45,313 nucleotides of DNA from Candidatus Firestoneibacteriota bacterium (GTDB lineage: Bacteria > Oederibacteriota > D2-FULL-39-29 > JBBTED01): the NCBI GenBank assembly GCA_038042445.1, contig JBBTED010000150.1:1-45313 (forward strand), in the 5' to 3' direction. Position 1 is the first letter of the stretch; each line of letters starts with the position of its first letter. Shown in pieces: positions 29,404-38,719 of this stretch. The position numbers and the translations under genes were made by a program. Under the pieces are notes generated by a model. The model was not told where the DNA came from, ran no database searches, and saw only the letters and a program-made list of their open reading frames with translations.

Positions 29404-30546
29404 TCAGGGGGAAAGCTGGATTTGATATAATTCATCAATATCTTGAACCATTTTTTTGATGTCAAAACTTTCATCGATACGAAGTCTTGCTTTATTGCCC
29501 ATTGCTATTCTTAAACTTTCATCAGAAAGCAAAAGACATATCTTTTGTGCCAGCCCCTTGTAATCCTTTGGTTCAACTAAAAAACCTGTTTCACCATCTT
29601 TTATAACTTCACTTGCTCCATCAACTTTTGTTGCCACAACAGGCAAACCTGCACACATAACTTGTGGAAAAACCCTTGGCAAACCTTCCCATAAAGAAGA
29701 AAGTACAAATACATCAAAAATATGTATTAAATTTTCCACATCTTTACGCCAACCAGTTAATATAATTTTATCTTCAAGCTTAAGCTCTTTTATCAGACTC
29801 TGAACCTCTTGTCTTAAATCTCCATCACCTATAAGCATAAATTTGCAATTTTTTATTTTTTTTACAACTTCACTTGCTGCACAAACAAAATCACAAGGTG
29901 CTTTTTGTGGTTTAAGACATGCAATCATTCCCACAACAAGATCATCTAAAGGTATTTTAAATTCGCGTTTCAAATCATCTATGTTTATTTTTAAAAATTT
30001 AAATTTTTCAATATCTATACCACTATGTATTAAAATATATTGTCCATGATTTCCCACTTTAGCATTTAAACCTTTATCTATATCATTAACTGTAACTACT
30101 ATTAATTTATGTGTGATTTTTGCAGTTATTCTTTCAAATAATACAAAAAGATTCTTTTTAATAAAATTCTGCTGTCCATTAAATGAGAATCCATGAACAG
30201 TATGTATTATAATTGGAATTTTTGCTAAAAACCCTGCGAGTCTTCCAAGTATACCTGCTTTTGAACTATGCGTATGCAAAATATCAATTTTTTTATTCCT
30301 GAATAAAAAATATAGTTTAAAAAAACAAATTGCATCCCAGAATAAATTTATTTCATGTTTGAGTTCAGGAATTAAAATAAGTTCTATATCTTTTATTTTT
30401 TTGGCATCACTATCAAGTAGTCCTCCATTTCCAGAAATAAGTATTACTTTATATTTACTCCTGTCTAAATTTTCTACAGTGTAAAGTGTATTCTGCTGTG
30501 CACCACCCAATTCCAACTTTGTTATTATATGTGCGACAGTACGCAT
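29404..30546 (-). CDS. GT4 glycosyltransferase
   Basis: LGGAQ, HTHSSKAG, HTVHG, SLWEGLP, PVVATKVDG. Confidence 0.9.
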   Translation of the reverse strand: MRTVAHIITKLELGGAQQNTLYTVENLDRSKYKVILISGNGGLLDSDAKKIKDIELILIPELKHEINLFWDAICFFKLYFLFRNKKIDILHTHSSKAGILGRLAGFLAKIPIIIHTVHGFSFNGQQNFIKKNLFVLFERITAKITHKLIVVTVNDIDKGLNAKVGNHGQYILIHSGIDIEKFKFLKINIDDLKREFKIPLDDLVVGMIACLKPQKAPCDFVCAASEVVKKIKNCKFMLIGDGDLRQEVQSLIKELKLEDKIILTGWRKDVENLIHIFDVFVLSSLWEGLPRVFPQVMCAGLPVVATKVDGASEVIKDGETGFLVEPKDYKGLAQKICLLLSDESLRIAMGNKARLRIDESFDIKKMVQDIDELYQIQLSP

Positions 30547-31793
30547 TTTCCTTCCAGTATAGCATCTTCCATTGAACTATGATGCCATTTTCCAAAACGA
30601 CCAATTGAATAAACTGAATTTTTATTTAAAAACCTGTTTATTATTGCGAGATTTTTTGGAGTAGAAACAGTATTAACAGGATATGCATATTTAATATCTA
30701 ATGGCAAATATGCCAAAATCTTATCGCTTTTATTTAATACTTTTGCTAAAAACAAATCCTCTTTCACTCTTTTAAATACAGCATTTTTGTCTATATTATT
30801 GCGATAAGCAACTTCAATATACATTGAAGTTGTCCCTTTTGGTGCTAAAGCACGTGAAATATTTGTATAAAATCCAATCCTGTAGAACACAAATTTCTTT
30901 TCAGAAAAATATACCCAATGTTTATCAGAAATATTATCTCTTGCAACTCCTATATTAATATTTAGAACTGAAACATATTCAAGCATCTGTGCTGATTTTC
31001 TCACAACATCAGGCACTTCATCAATTTTACTTATCAACTCAGTAATGGGTAAAGTAGAAACCAAAGTATCAAAATTAATTTTTTTTGTGTTATTGACTAC
31101 AACGTATCTATTTTTTAAGGAAATTCCTGTTATTTCTGAATTAAGACAAACATTTTTTATTTTTTTTGCTATTTCTTGGACAAATTCTTCTATTCCTCCT
31201 GATTTTGGATACCAAAAATTTACATTATATCCAAATTTCCCGGGTTTATTTTCCACTATGCTCTTCATTATATCATCAATAGACAAAACTGGAGCATATT
31301 TTGATAAAGCATACGGATTCATATTTTTAAGTGGAGTTTTCCACATTTTTTGGTTATAAGGAATCATAAAATATTTTGCAATACCTTTCCCAAAAGTAGA
31401 AATTATCCACTCTTCAAGATTTTTTGGATTCTTTAGGTGCAATTTAGTATCAAGCATACCTTGGACACATTCTTTCTGAATTAAAGAGGGTAAAGAATAT
31501 AAATTTGCCTGAAATGGATAAGGAATATACCTATCAAAAGTATAAATATAAGCTCGCCTTATATTTTTTTTAAGATTACCATTCAGCAACTTAAAAACAA
31601 GTTTTTTAGCATATTCATTTCTAAAATGCAAAAGGTGACCTGTATAATCAAATGTCCACCCATTTATCTTTTCAGACTTACATAATCCACCAACTCTACT
31701 TGATTTCTCAAGCACAATAGAATTATCACCCAAATGATACGCAACACTTAAGCCTGTTAAACCTCCTCCAAGTATAACCGTTTGCTTTTTCAC
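30525..31793 (-). CDS. FAD-dependent oxidoreductase (UDP-galactopyranose mutase/HemY-like)
   Basis: ILGGGLTGL, VGGLCKS, FDYTGH, FWYPKSGG, GRFGKW; glycosyltransferase neighbours. Confidence 0.75.
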   Translation of the reverse strand: MKKQTVILGGGLTGLSVAYHLGDNSIVLEKSSRVGGLCKSEKINGWTFDYTGHLLHFRNEYAKKLVFKLLNGNLKKNIRRAYIYTFDRYIPYPFQANLYSLPSLIQKECVQGMLDTKLHLKNPKNLEEWIISTFGKGIAKYFMIPYNQKMWKTPLKNMNPYALSKYAPVLSIDDIMKSIVENKPGKFGYNVNFWYPKSGGIEEFVQEIAKKIKNVCLNSEITGISLKNRYVVVNNTKKINFDTLVSTLPITELISKIDEVPDVVRKSAQMLEYVSVLNINIGVARDNISDKHWVYFSEKKFVFYRIGFYTNISRALAPKGTTSMYIEVAYRNNIDKNAVFKRVKEDLFLAKVLNKSDKILAYLPLDIKYAYPVNTVSTPKNLAIINRFLNKNSVYSIGRFGKWHHSSMEDAILEGKCVLSHI

Positions 31794-31819
31794 TTTAAAA
31801 TATCCTTTTTCTCATTTCT

Positions 31820-31872
31820 GTAGGGACAGACTTGCCTGACCTATTTTTTAGGGCGGATAAACCCGCCCCTAC
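31820..31872. repeat. Inverted GTAG REP doublet
   Basis: GTAGGGACAGACTTGCCTGACCT ... GGGCGGATAAACCCGCCCCTAC. Confidence 0.75.
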
Positions 31873-31873
31873 G

Positions 31874-32170
31874 TTAAAATGGCAATTTCAAATTTTTTGC
31901 CATAGGACCTAACTTAGACACCATTTCAATTTGCACTTTTTCTACTGCTTTTATAAAACATTTTTTTAGTACCTCTTCAAGATCTTTTTTCTTTGTTACA
32001 GACAACCACTCTTCCCCAATAGTTATAGACTGAACTTTTTGTTCGCCATTTATGACTATTTTTATTGAGCCATTTCCTTCCTCTGCTTCAATAAGCATCT
32101 TACCTAATTCCTTTTTTAAATTAGATGCCTGTTTTTGCAAATCATAAATATCCTTCAATTTATCAAACAT
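31874..32170 (-). CDS. YbaB/EbfC nucleoid-associated protein
   Basis: MFDKLKD..LQKQA..G.IKIVINGEQKV; 98 aa. Confidence 0.8.
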   Translation of the reverse strand: MFDKLKDIYDLQKQASNLKKELGKMLIEAEEGNGSIKIVINGEQKVQSITIGEEWLSVTKKKDLEEVLKKCFIKAVEKVQIEMVSKLGPMAKNLKLPF

Positions 32171-32186
32171 TTTTTCCTCCTTTTAA

Positions 32187-32268
32187 CCCCCCTCTATCTC
32201 CCCCTTATCAGTGGGAGTTTGGTAGCACAGGGTCTTTACAATATTTTGCCGATAAATCGGCAACTACA
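32187..32268. repeat. Repeat cluster: CCCCC element, truncated GGTAGCACAGGGTCTTTA and a GCCGAT REP
   Basis: 32221-32238 is identical to 20110-20127; GCCGATAAATCGGCAACTACA at 32248-32268. Confidence 0.8.
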
Positions 32269-33259
32269 TTTTTATAAAGCTTAAACGATATGCTGATATC
32301 AAAACAATAACTATAATTATCAAATATATAAAAAATGCAGGGACAAATAAAACTTTAGTGCTCAAATAAGCAAGTGTGCACAAAAAAATAGCAATTCCAT
32401 AAATTACTAACACTACTTTTTTTCTACTTAAACCCAGCTTTTCCATTCTCAAAGGAAAATGGTCAGGACTTCCCCACACAACAGGTATATGTTTTTTATA
32501 TCTAATAAACATTACAAAAATTGTATCAAATATAGGAATCCCCAATATAAAAATTGGCGCAAAAACTGCGAGTTTATTAATCTCTGTATAACTTTCTGTA
32601 AGTGCAAGTGCAGAAAGTATAAATCCTATAAATAAGCTACCTGCATCACCCATAAATATCCGTGCAGGATTAAAATTGTATATTAAAAACCCAAAACATC
32701 CTCCCGCTAATGATAAAGCTGCCAGCGGACTAAATAATTTCCCGTTTTGGGCACCAAGTATAAAAAATGCAATAGACGCTATTATTGCCACACCTGCACA
32801 CAAACCATCCATTATATCAATTATATTAAACGCATTTATCAAACCTACTACCCATAAAACAGTAAATGCAATATTTAAAATTTCCCAGTGAAAAAATTTT
32901 ATTTTTATATCACATAAAATCAAGATTATACTTACAGATATTTCCACTAAAAATTTAACAGGAATTGAAACTTTTTTTATATCATCTACCAATCCCAAAA
33001 AAAATACTGCAGTTCCACCAACAATTATTCCTATTAATCCATAAATATTGCCAGATGCAATAAAACGTTCAATAATAAGTGAAATTACAAAAGCAAGATA
33101 TATAGCTATGCCACCTAAATAAGGTATAGATGTTTTATGTGTTTTTAGATTGCCCTTTGGAATATCAAGAACATTAAAACGTTTTGCCAGCTTAATAAGT
33201 AATGGAGTTAAAACAAGTGATATAAAAAATGATCCGCTAAATATTGCAAGATATTTCAT
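32264..33259 (-). CDS. Second WecA/TagO-like (MraY family) transferase
   Basis: PYLGGIAI, GLVDD, NIIDIMDGL, IFMGDAGS. Confidence 0.87.
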   Translation of the reverse strand: MKYLAIFSGSFFISLVLTPLLIKLAKRFNVLDIPKGNLKTHKTSIPYLGGIAIYLAFVISLIIERFIASGNIYGLIGIIVGGTAVFFLGLVDDIKKVSIPVKFLVEISVSIILILCDIKIKFFHWEILNIAFTVLWVVGLINAFNIIDIMDGLCAGVAIIASIAFFILGAQNGKLFSPLAALSLAGGCFGFLIYNFNPARIFMGDAGSLFIGFILSALALTESYTEINKLAVFAPIFILGIPIFDTIFVMFIRYKKHIPVVWGSPDHFPLRMEKLGLSRKKVVLVIYGIAIFLCTLAYLSTKVLFVPAFFIYLIIIVIVLISAYRLSFIKM

Positions 33260-34254
33260 AATATATATTCAGAAATAGTAGAGACAGGTCGCAACTTATC
33301 TCTACGTTTAAATATAAACTGCCTTGCCTTAAACGCTTTTCCTGAAAGAGATAGTTTTTTTATAAGATTAGGTATAATCGTCGGAACAAAAAACAAAACA
33401 TAGAGCAACGTTTCTACTTCTCTAAAAAATACGTACGGAAATTGCTGAAAAAATATTGTCAATGAACAATTTTTAATTAATACGAGATATCTGTTTATTA
33501 TTATATGTGACTGTAATTCTAATGGCTTTAAAGCGAGTTTTTTGTTCAAAAAAGGTTTTTTTCGGGTTTTTAAATCAGAACTTGCGCCTCTTGCATGATA
33601 TGCAAATGCAGTTGGAACATAAAAAGCTTTCCATCCAAATAATTGGGCACGCCACCCTATGTCTAAATCCTCACAATAGGAAAAAAAAGACTCATCAAAA
33701 TATTCTTCATTTATCTTCACACTGTGTAACATTTTCCTGTTATACAAAGATGCTGCTCCACACCCAGAAAAAACATACTGAGGTGTATTGAATTTTCCGG
33801 TATCCACCTCATTATAACCACGTTCTAAGGGACATAAACCTTTACTTAAAAATTGTCCTGTAGAATCAACTAGATTTTTATTCGTCATATTCAAAAGCTT
33901 ACCTGACAAAATACCTATAGAATCCTGAATAAATTTATCCAACTCTTCTATATAATTATGCTTTAATATAATATCTGCATTTAAGATAAGTATATAGTCT
34001 CCTGTAGTTTCATTAATAACCTGATTTCCAGCAGCAGCAAATCCGATATTATTGTCATTCATAAGGATTTTCATAGCGGACTTAACATTGGATATATATT
34101 CTCGTGAACCATCACTTGAAAAATTATCCACTATTAAGAACTCTTTTGGTGGAATTGTCTGTTTCAACACTGAATCTATACATTCAGGTAAAAAATCACG
34201 GTTATTACAATTTATTATTGCTACAGAATAATCCATCGTTTTGAGATCCTTCAC
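33256..34254 (-). CDS. GT2 glycosyltransferase
   Basis: VDNFSSDGS, NIGFAAAGN, LNAD, YCEDLDIGWRA. Confidence 0.9.
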   Translation of the reverse strand: MKDLKTMDYSVAIINCNNRDFLPECIDSVLKQTIPPKEFLIVDNFSSDGSREYISNVKSAMKILMNDNNIGFAAAGNQVINETTGDYILILNADIILKHNYIEELDKFIQDSIGILSGKLLNMTNKNLVDSTGQFLSKGLCPLERGYNEVDTGKFNTPQYVFSGCGAASLYNRKMLHSVKINEEYFDESFFSYCEDLDIGWRAQLFGWKAFYVPTAFAYHARGASSDLKTRKKPFLNKKLALKPLELQSHIIINRYLVLIKNCSLTIFFQQFPYVFFREVETLLYVLFFVPTIIPNLIKKLSLSGKAFKARQFIFKRRDKLRPVSTISEYIL

Positions 34255-35789
34255 TATCGCTCAGGATGACCCTTTGGGTCATTTTTATAGTCTTTGCCTA
34301 CGACCACTGTTACATCAACAAGTGCAGATTCATTCACATTGGATTTTATATTTTTTCTTTTAACTCCAAGTGTTTTGCCAACTTTCGAAGCTTTCTCAGA
34401 ATCACCGGACCTGTCAAAAATTAGTGTGTGCTCGTAATTAAAACCTGGTGCATTCTCACAATTTATAACATCAAAACCTTTATCCCGAAGTTTTCTTGTA
34501 ACTTCTATCCCTATCCCTTCTTTGCCACATCCATTTAGCACTTCAACTTTTATGGTTACACCATTCCCTTCGGTCTCAACTTTAGCTTTATCTATCTCAA
34601 CAACATCATCCGAACCATGCATTATATTTTTAAGTGTTTCTTTTATTTTATTATTATCGCACTTCCAATAATACAAACCCTTTATAGTTACAGGCTCACC
34701 AGGCAAAGTAGACATAGCTATATCATTTATTTTTATATCCTTAGCCTTTTTTGCAAGAATAATAATATTATGTATGCCTAAATTTGTATGAACATAATTT
34801 GAAAGTTCTTTTACAAGTTTTGGTATTTTAGATAAAATAACAGGCTGTTTAGCACGTTTAACAAATGCCATAATAAACTCTTGCTGCCTTTCCACCCTGC
34901 CGATATCACCTTTTGCATCATGCCTAAATCTCAAATATTCAAGTGCTTCTTCTCCATTGAGCTTTTGATAACCAGGAACTAAATCTATTTTAAGTTTAGC
35001 TGCCCTATCAACATAATACATTCTTTTGGGAACATTTATTTCTATTCCACCAATTGCATCTATTATTTTTGCTACCCCTGTATAATCAAGATAAATATAA
35101 TTTTTTACTTTTAAACCTATCATTTCACTTACTTTCTTAGTTATAAGTTTTCCTGCAAGCTTAACTTTTCCATGAGTATATCCATATGCAAATATGGAAT
35201 TAATTTTAACTATTTTGTTTTCTGAAAAATTCACAAGTGTATCTCTTGGAATGGATAATACACCAACTTTTCTGACAAATGGTTTATAAGTTATAAGAAT
35301 TAAAGTATCTGAACGTTTTGCATATTCATCAACCTCATCTGTACCAATAAGCAAAATATTTATTCTGCGATTAATTAAAAATATAGCAAAAAAAAGAATC
35401 AGCAATACTATAGCTGTCAAAATAAAGGTTGTTTTAAATTTTCCAAGTTTTATATTTTTGATTTTTGATATTTGATATTTGATATTTTTTGGTATTTTTG
35501 CATCTTGTAGATTTTCATCCTTGACATCCAAAACATCATTAACAAGAGATAAATCTTTATCATCTTTGAATTCAATAAAATCCACATCTTTAAATTGCAA
35601 ATTTTTCTTCTTTTTAAACGATAGATTTTTTAAAAATATGATTGCACCCTTTCCTTTAGTCACCAAATTTTCAAATGAAATACTTGGGATTTTTATTTGG
35701 GAAAATCTTAATGAAAAACCCGTTCCATCTTTTTTTCGTATGTTGGACTTCTTGCTACTACTTATTTTAATTCTCTCAAATTTATCCAT
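34254..35789 (-). CDS. LCP (LytR-CpsA-Psr) protein with LytR C-terminal domain
   Basis: TM helix, RSDT, SIPRDT, KINS, RFRHD..GDIGRVERQQ, VEVLNGCG, DVTVVVGKDY. Confidence 0.92.
   Translation of the reverse strand: MDKFERIKISSSKKSNIRKKDGTGFSLRFSQIKIPSISFENLVTKGKGAIIFLKNLSFKKKKNLQFKDVDFIEFKDDKDLSLVNDVLDVKDENLQDAKIPKNIKYQISKIKNIKLGKFKTTFILTAIVLLILFFAIFLINRRINILLIGTDEVDEYAKRSDTLILITYKPFVRKVGVLSIPRDTLVNFSENKIVKINSIFAYGYTHGKVKLAGKLITKKVSEMIGLKVKNYIYLDYTGVAKIIDAIGGIEINVPKRMYYVDRAAKLKIDLVPGYQKLNGEEALEYLRFRHDAKGDIGRVERQQEFIMAFVKRAKQPVILSKIPKLVKELSNYVHTNLGIHNIIILAKKAKDIKINDIAMSTLPGEPVTIKGLYYWKCDNNKIKETLKNIMHGSDDVVEIDKAKVETEGNGVTIKVEVLNGCGKEGIGIEVTRKLRDKGFDVINCENAPGFNYEHTLIFDRSGDSEKASKVGKTLGVKRKNIKSNVNESALVDVTVVVGKDYKNDPKGHPER
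35453..35487. repeat. 7-mer tandem repeat within the LCP N-terminal extension
   Basis: TATTTTT GATTTTT GATATTT GATATTT GATATTT. Confidence 0.6.
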
Positions 35790-35838
35790 AGTTAAACAAT
35801 TCTATTTGGTATCAGAAACATTGTCTTCTACAATTTAT

Positions 35839-35859
35839 GCCGATAAATCGGCAACTACA
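35839..35859 (-). repeat. GCCGAT-type REP
   Basis: GCCGATAAATCGGCAACTACA, identical to 32248-32268. Confidence 0.85.
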
Positions 35860-35873
35860 TTTTTACCATAAGT

Positions 35874-36476
35874 CTAATGTCTTATGCCTATTGTCTGAAT
35901 TACAGCATTCCATGCTTTTATTGAATCGGAATGTATTGGTAGTTTGCGTTTTAAAAGATATGAAATTTTTGACTGAAGACCAAGAATCATAGCTTTATTA
36001 AGATTTTTAAAAGCCGTTCTTCTTATTATATCCACACCTTTAAATTTACGATTTACCTCTGCCAAATCTGCTATATAAATTATCTTTGCAAGTTTCGACA
36101 TATTTTCTGATGCTGTTGAATGAAATTTAATGGCATATAAAATATCCTTATCTTTAATTTTAAAATTTTTCCTTGCATATATTTCGCCAATTAAACAATG
36201 TAGCAATGCTGGAATTTCCTTTGTTTCATTATCAACATTTATTCTTGATTTTCTTAGCAACTCCAAGGCTTTTTTATAGGAGATATCTTTCCCAAAATCA
36301 TGTAATAAACTTGCAATAATCGTTTTTTTCACATTCACATTATATTTTTCAGCAAGAAGTATTGCCATCTTTAAAACACTAAGAGTATGTTTATACCTGG
36401 CACTATTTAATATTTTTTTTACTGTTTTTTTTATTTCTTCCAACTTTTCAGTGGATAAATTCACTCTCAAATCCAA
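35874..36476 (-). CDS. yqeK: Ap4A hydrolase YqeK (HD domain)
   Basis: RYKHT, LLHDFGK, LLH, AIKFHST, IYIADLAE. Confidence 0.88.
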   Translation of the reverse strand: MDLRVNLSTEKLEEIKKTVKKILNSARYKHTLSVLKMAILLAEKYNVNVKKTIIASLLHDFGKDISYKKALELLRKSRINVDNETKEIPALLHCLIGEIYARKNFKIKDKDILYAIKFHSTASENMSKLAKIIYIADLAEVNRKFKGVDIIRRTAFKNLNKAMILGLQSKISYLLKRKLPIHSDSIKAWNAVIQTIGIRH

Positions 36477-36509
36477 ATCCCCCTTAATCCCACTTTAATA
36501 AAGGGGGAT
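36475..36509. repeat. CCCCC family element filling the proA-yqeK gap
   Basis: AAATCCCCCTTAATCCCACTTTAATAAAGGGGGAT. Confidence 0.85.
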
Positions 36510-36510
36510 A

Positions 36511-37770
36511 TCATATTCTAATTTGGCCTTTGCCTAATATTATAAATTTAGTTGTAGTAAGTTCTTTTATGCCCATTGGTCCACGAGCATGAAGCTTCTG
36601 AGTGCTTATTCCTATTTCAGCACCAAGCCCAAATTCAAAACCATCTGTAAAACGCGTAGAAGCATTAACATATACAGCAGCAGAGTCAACTTCGCACAAA
36701 AACTTAAATACCTTTGTATAATTTTCAGTAACAATTGCATCAGAATGAGATGAACCATAATGATTTATATGATTTACAGCTTCTTCTATATTATCTACAA
36801 CTTTAATTGCAAGAATTAAATCAAGATATTCTGTCCACCAATCATCTTCAACAGCTTTTTTAATACCGGAAAGTATCCGCAATGTAATTGGACAACCTCT
36901 TAGTTCAACATTTGCCTCTTTCAATTTTTTGGCAATTGCAGGCAGAAATGTATTTGCAATTTCCTTATGAACTAACAGCGTCTCCATAGCATTACACACA
37001 CCAGGCCTTTGGACTTTGGCATTATATACTATCTCTTCAGCCATTTTTAAATCTGCTTGTTCATCTACATATATATGACAATTACCTGAACCATGCGAAA
37101 TAACAGGTATCATCGTATTTTTAATAACATACTCTATTAAATCCTTTCCGCCTCTTGGAATTATGACATCTATATATTTTGTAAGTTTAAGCATTTCAGA
37201 AACTGCTTCACGCTCTATAGTTTCAATAAATTGCATACAACCTTGTGGCAATCCATTGCTTTCACATTCACGTATCATTATATTATATAATGCAAGATTC
37301 GTATTTATTGATTCAGATCCGCCTCTTAAAATAACTACATTGCCGGATTTTAAACATAAACATCCTGCATCAACAGTAACATTTGGCCTTGACTCATAAA
37401 TTATTCCTATAACACCTAAAGGCACACGCATTTTTCCAACCATTAAACCATTTGGACGCTTCTGCATATCAAAAATTTCACCAACTGGATCCTGCAATTT
37501 TACAATTTCACGCACTCCCTCTGCCATTTGTTTAATTCTATTTGGAGTAAGTGTTAAACGATCTATAAAAGCAGTAGAAATACTATTGCTTTCCTGAACA
37601 TTTCTAAAATCTTTTTTATTTGCTTCCAAAATTCTATTCGTTTCTTTTTCAATTGCATCAGCAATTTTTAACAACGTAATATTTTTCAAATCAGTTGAAA
37701 CTATTGCCAATTTCCTTGCAGATTCTTTAGCTAACTTTCCTTTTTCCAGTATAAGTTTTTTCAGTGACAT
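36511..37770 (-). CDS. proA: Gamma-glutamyl phosphate reductase
   Basis: IYESRPNVT, PRGG, CNAMETLL, NASTRFTDG, GISTQKLHARGPMG; start moved to 37770 because upstream codons are repeat-derived. Confidence 0.97.
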   Translation of the reverse strand: MSLKKLILEKGKLAKESARKLAIVSTDLKNITLLKIADAIEKETNRILEANKKDFRNVQESNSISTAFIDRLTLTPNRIKQMAEGVREIVKLQDPVGEIFDMQKRPNGLMVGKMRVPLGVIGIIYESRPNVTVDAGCLCLKSGNVVILRGGSESINTNLALYNIMIRECESNGLPQGCMQFIETIEREAVSEMLKLTKYIDVIIPRGGKDLIEYVIKNTMIPVISHGSGNCHIYVDEQADLKMAEEIVYNAKVQRPGVCNAMETLLVHKEIANTFLPAIAKKLKEANVELRGCPITLRILSGIKKAVEDDWWTEYLDLILAIKVVDNIEEAVNHINHYGSSHSDAIVTENYTKVFKFLCEVDSAAVYVNASTRFTDGFEFGLGAEIGISTQKLHARGPMGIKELTTTKFIILGKGQIRI

Positions 37771-37804
37771 AAATCCCCCTTCATCCCCCTTTTTCAAAGG
37801 GGAA
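37771..37804. repeat. CCCCC family element abutting the proA start
   Basis: AAATCCCCCTTCATCCCCCTTTTTCAAAGGGGAA. Confidence 0.85.
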
Positions 37805-37814
37805 AATTTCTATA

Positions 37815-38612
37815 TTATTTTAATACTTCGTTCATACTACCACTTCTGTAACCTTGCAAATCTAATGTTACATACACGTATCCCAATTTTTTAAATTTAT
37901 CTACAATTTTTTCGGAAATTCCGTTTTTAAATAACTCCGTCATTTCTTTAAACCCAAGTTCTATACGCACTGTATCTCCATAATGCCTTACTCTTATTTC
38001 TCTAAATCCTAAATTGCGCAAGAAATCTTCACCTTCACTTATTTTCGTCAGAAACTCCTTAGTTATTCTTGTCCCATAAGGAAATCTTGATGCAAAACAT
38101 GCCATTGAAGGCTTATCCCATGTTGAAATATTCATATTCTTTGACAATTCTCTTATTTCTTTTTTGGTAAACCCAACGTCTTTTAACGGGCTTTTAACAC
38201 CCAATTCTTTTGCAGCGAGTATACCAGGTCTGTAATCAGAAACATCATCATAATTAGTAGCATCTGCCACATATTTTATTTTCTTTTCATCTGCAATTGA
38301 TTTAAGTTTAGAAAAAAGCTCTGTTTTGCAGTGATAACACCTATTTAAAGGATTACTTGCAAACTCAGGATTCTCAAGTTCCTCTGTTTTTATAATTATA
38401 TGTTTTACACCAAAAATAGCGCATTGTTGAATTGCACAATCCACTTCCTTTTCTGAATATGTCGTTGAACGTGCAGTTACAGCCAACACAGAATCTTTCA
38501 AAACATCTTTTGCAACTTTGAGAAGAAAAGTGCTATCTACACCACCAGAATATGCTATTAGCACACTTCCCATATCATTTAAAATTTTTTTTAGTTTTTT
38601 TAATTTATTCAT
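37815..38612 (-). CDS. larE: ATP-dependent sulfur transferase LarE
   Basis: AYSGGVDS PP-loop, RCYHCK, DYRPG, KPSMACFASRFPYG, GYRSGSMN. Confidence 0.92.
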   Translation of the reverse strand: MNKLKKLKKILNDMGSVLIAYSGGVDSTFLLKVAKDVLKDSVLAVTARSTTYSEKEVDCAIQQCAIFGVKHIIIKTEELENPEFASNPLNRCYHCKTELFSKLKSIADEKKIKYVADATNYDDVSDYRPGILAAKELGVKSPLKDVGFTKKEIRELSKNMNISTWDKPSMACFASRFPYGTRITKEFLTKISEGEDFLRNLGFREIRVRHYGDTVRIELGFKEMTELFKNGISEKIVDKFKKLGYVYVTLDLQGYRSGSMNEVLK

Positions 38613-38626
38613 TTATTCTCTGTAAT

Positions 38627-38705
38627 GGTAGCCGCAGGCTTTAGCCTGCGATATTGCAAACTGAAATTTGCGTTTTTTAATCGCAGGCTAAAGCCTGCGG
38701 CTACC
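38627..38705. repeat. Perfect REPIN-like doublet
   Basis: 26-bp perfect inverted arms GGTAGCCGCAGGCTTTAGCCTGCGAT, each itself a hairpin. Confidence 0.92.
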
Positions 38706-38719
38706 TTATGACATACAAA

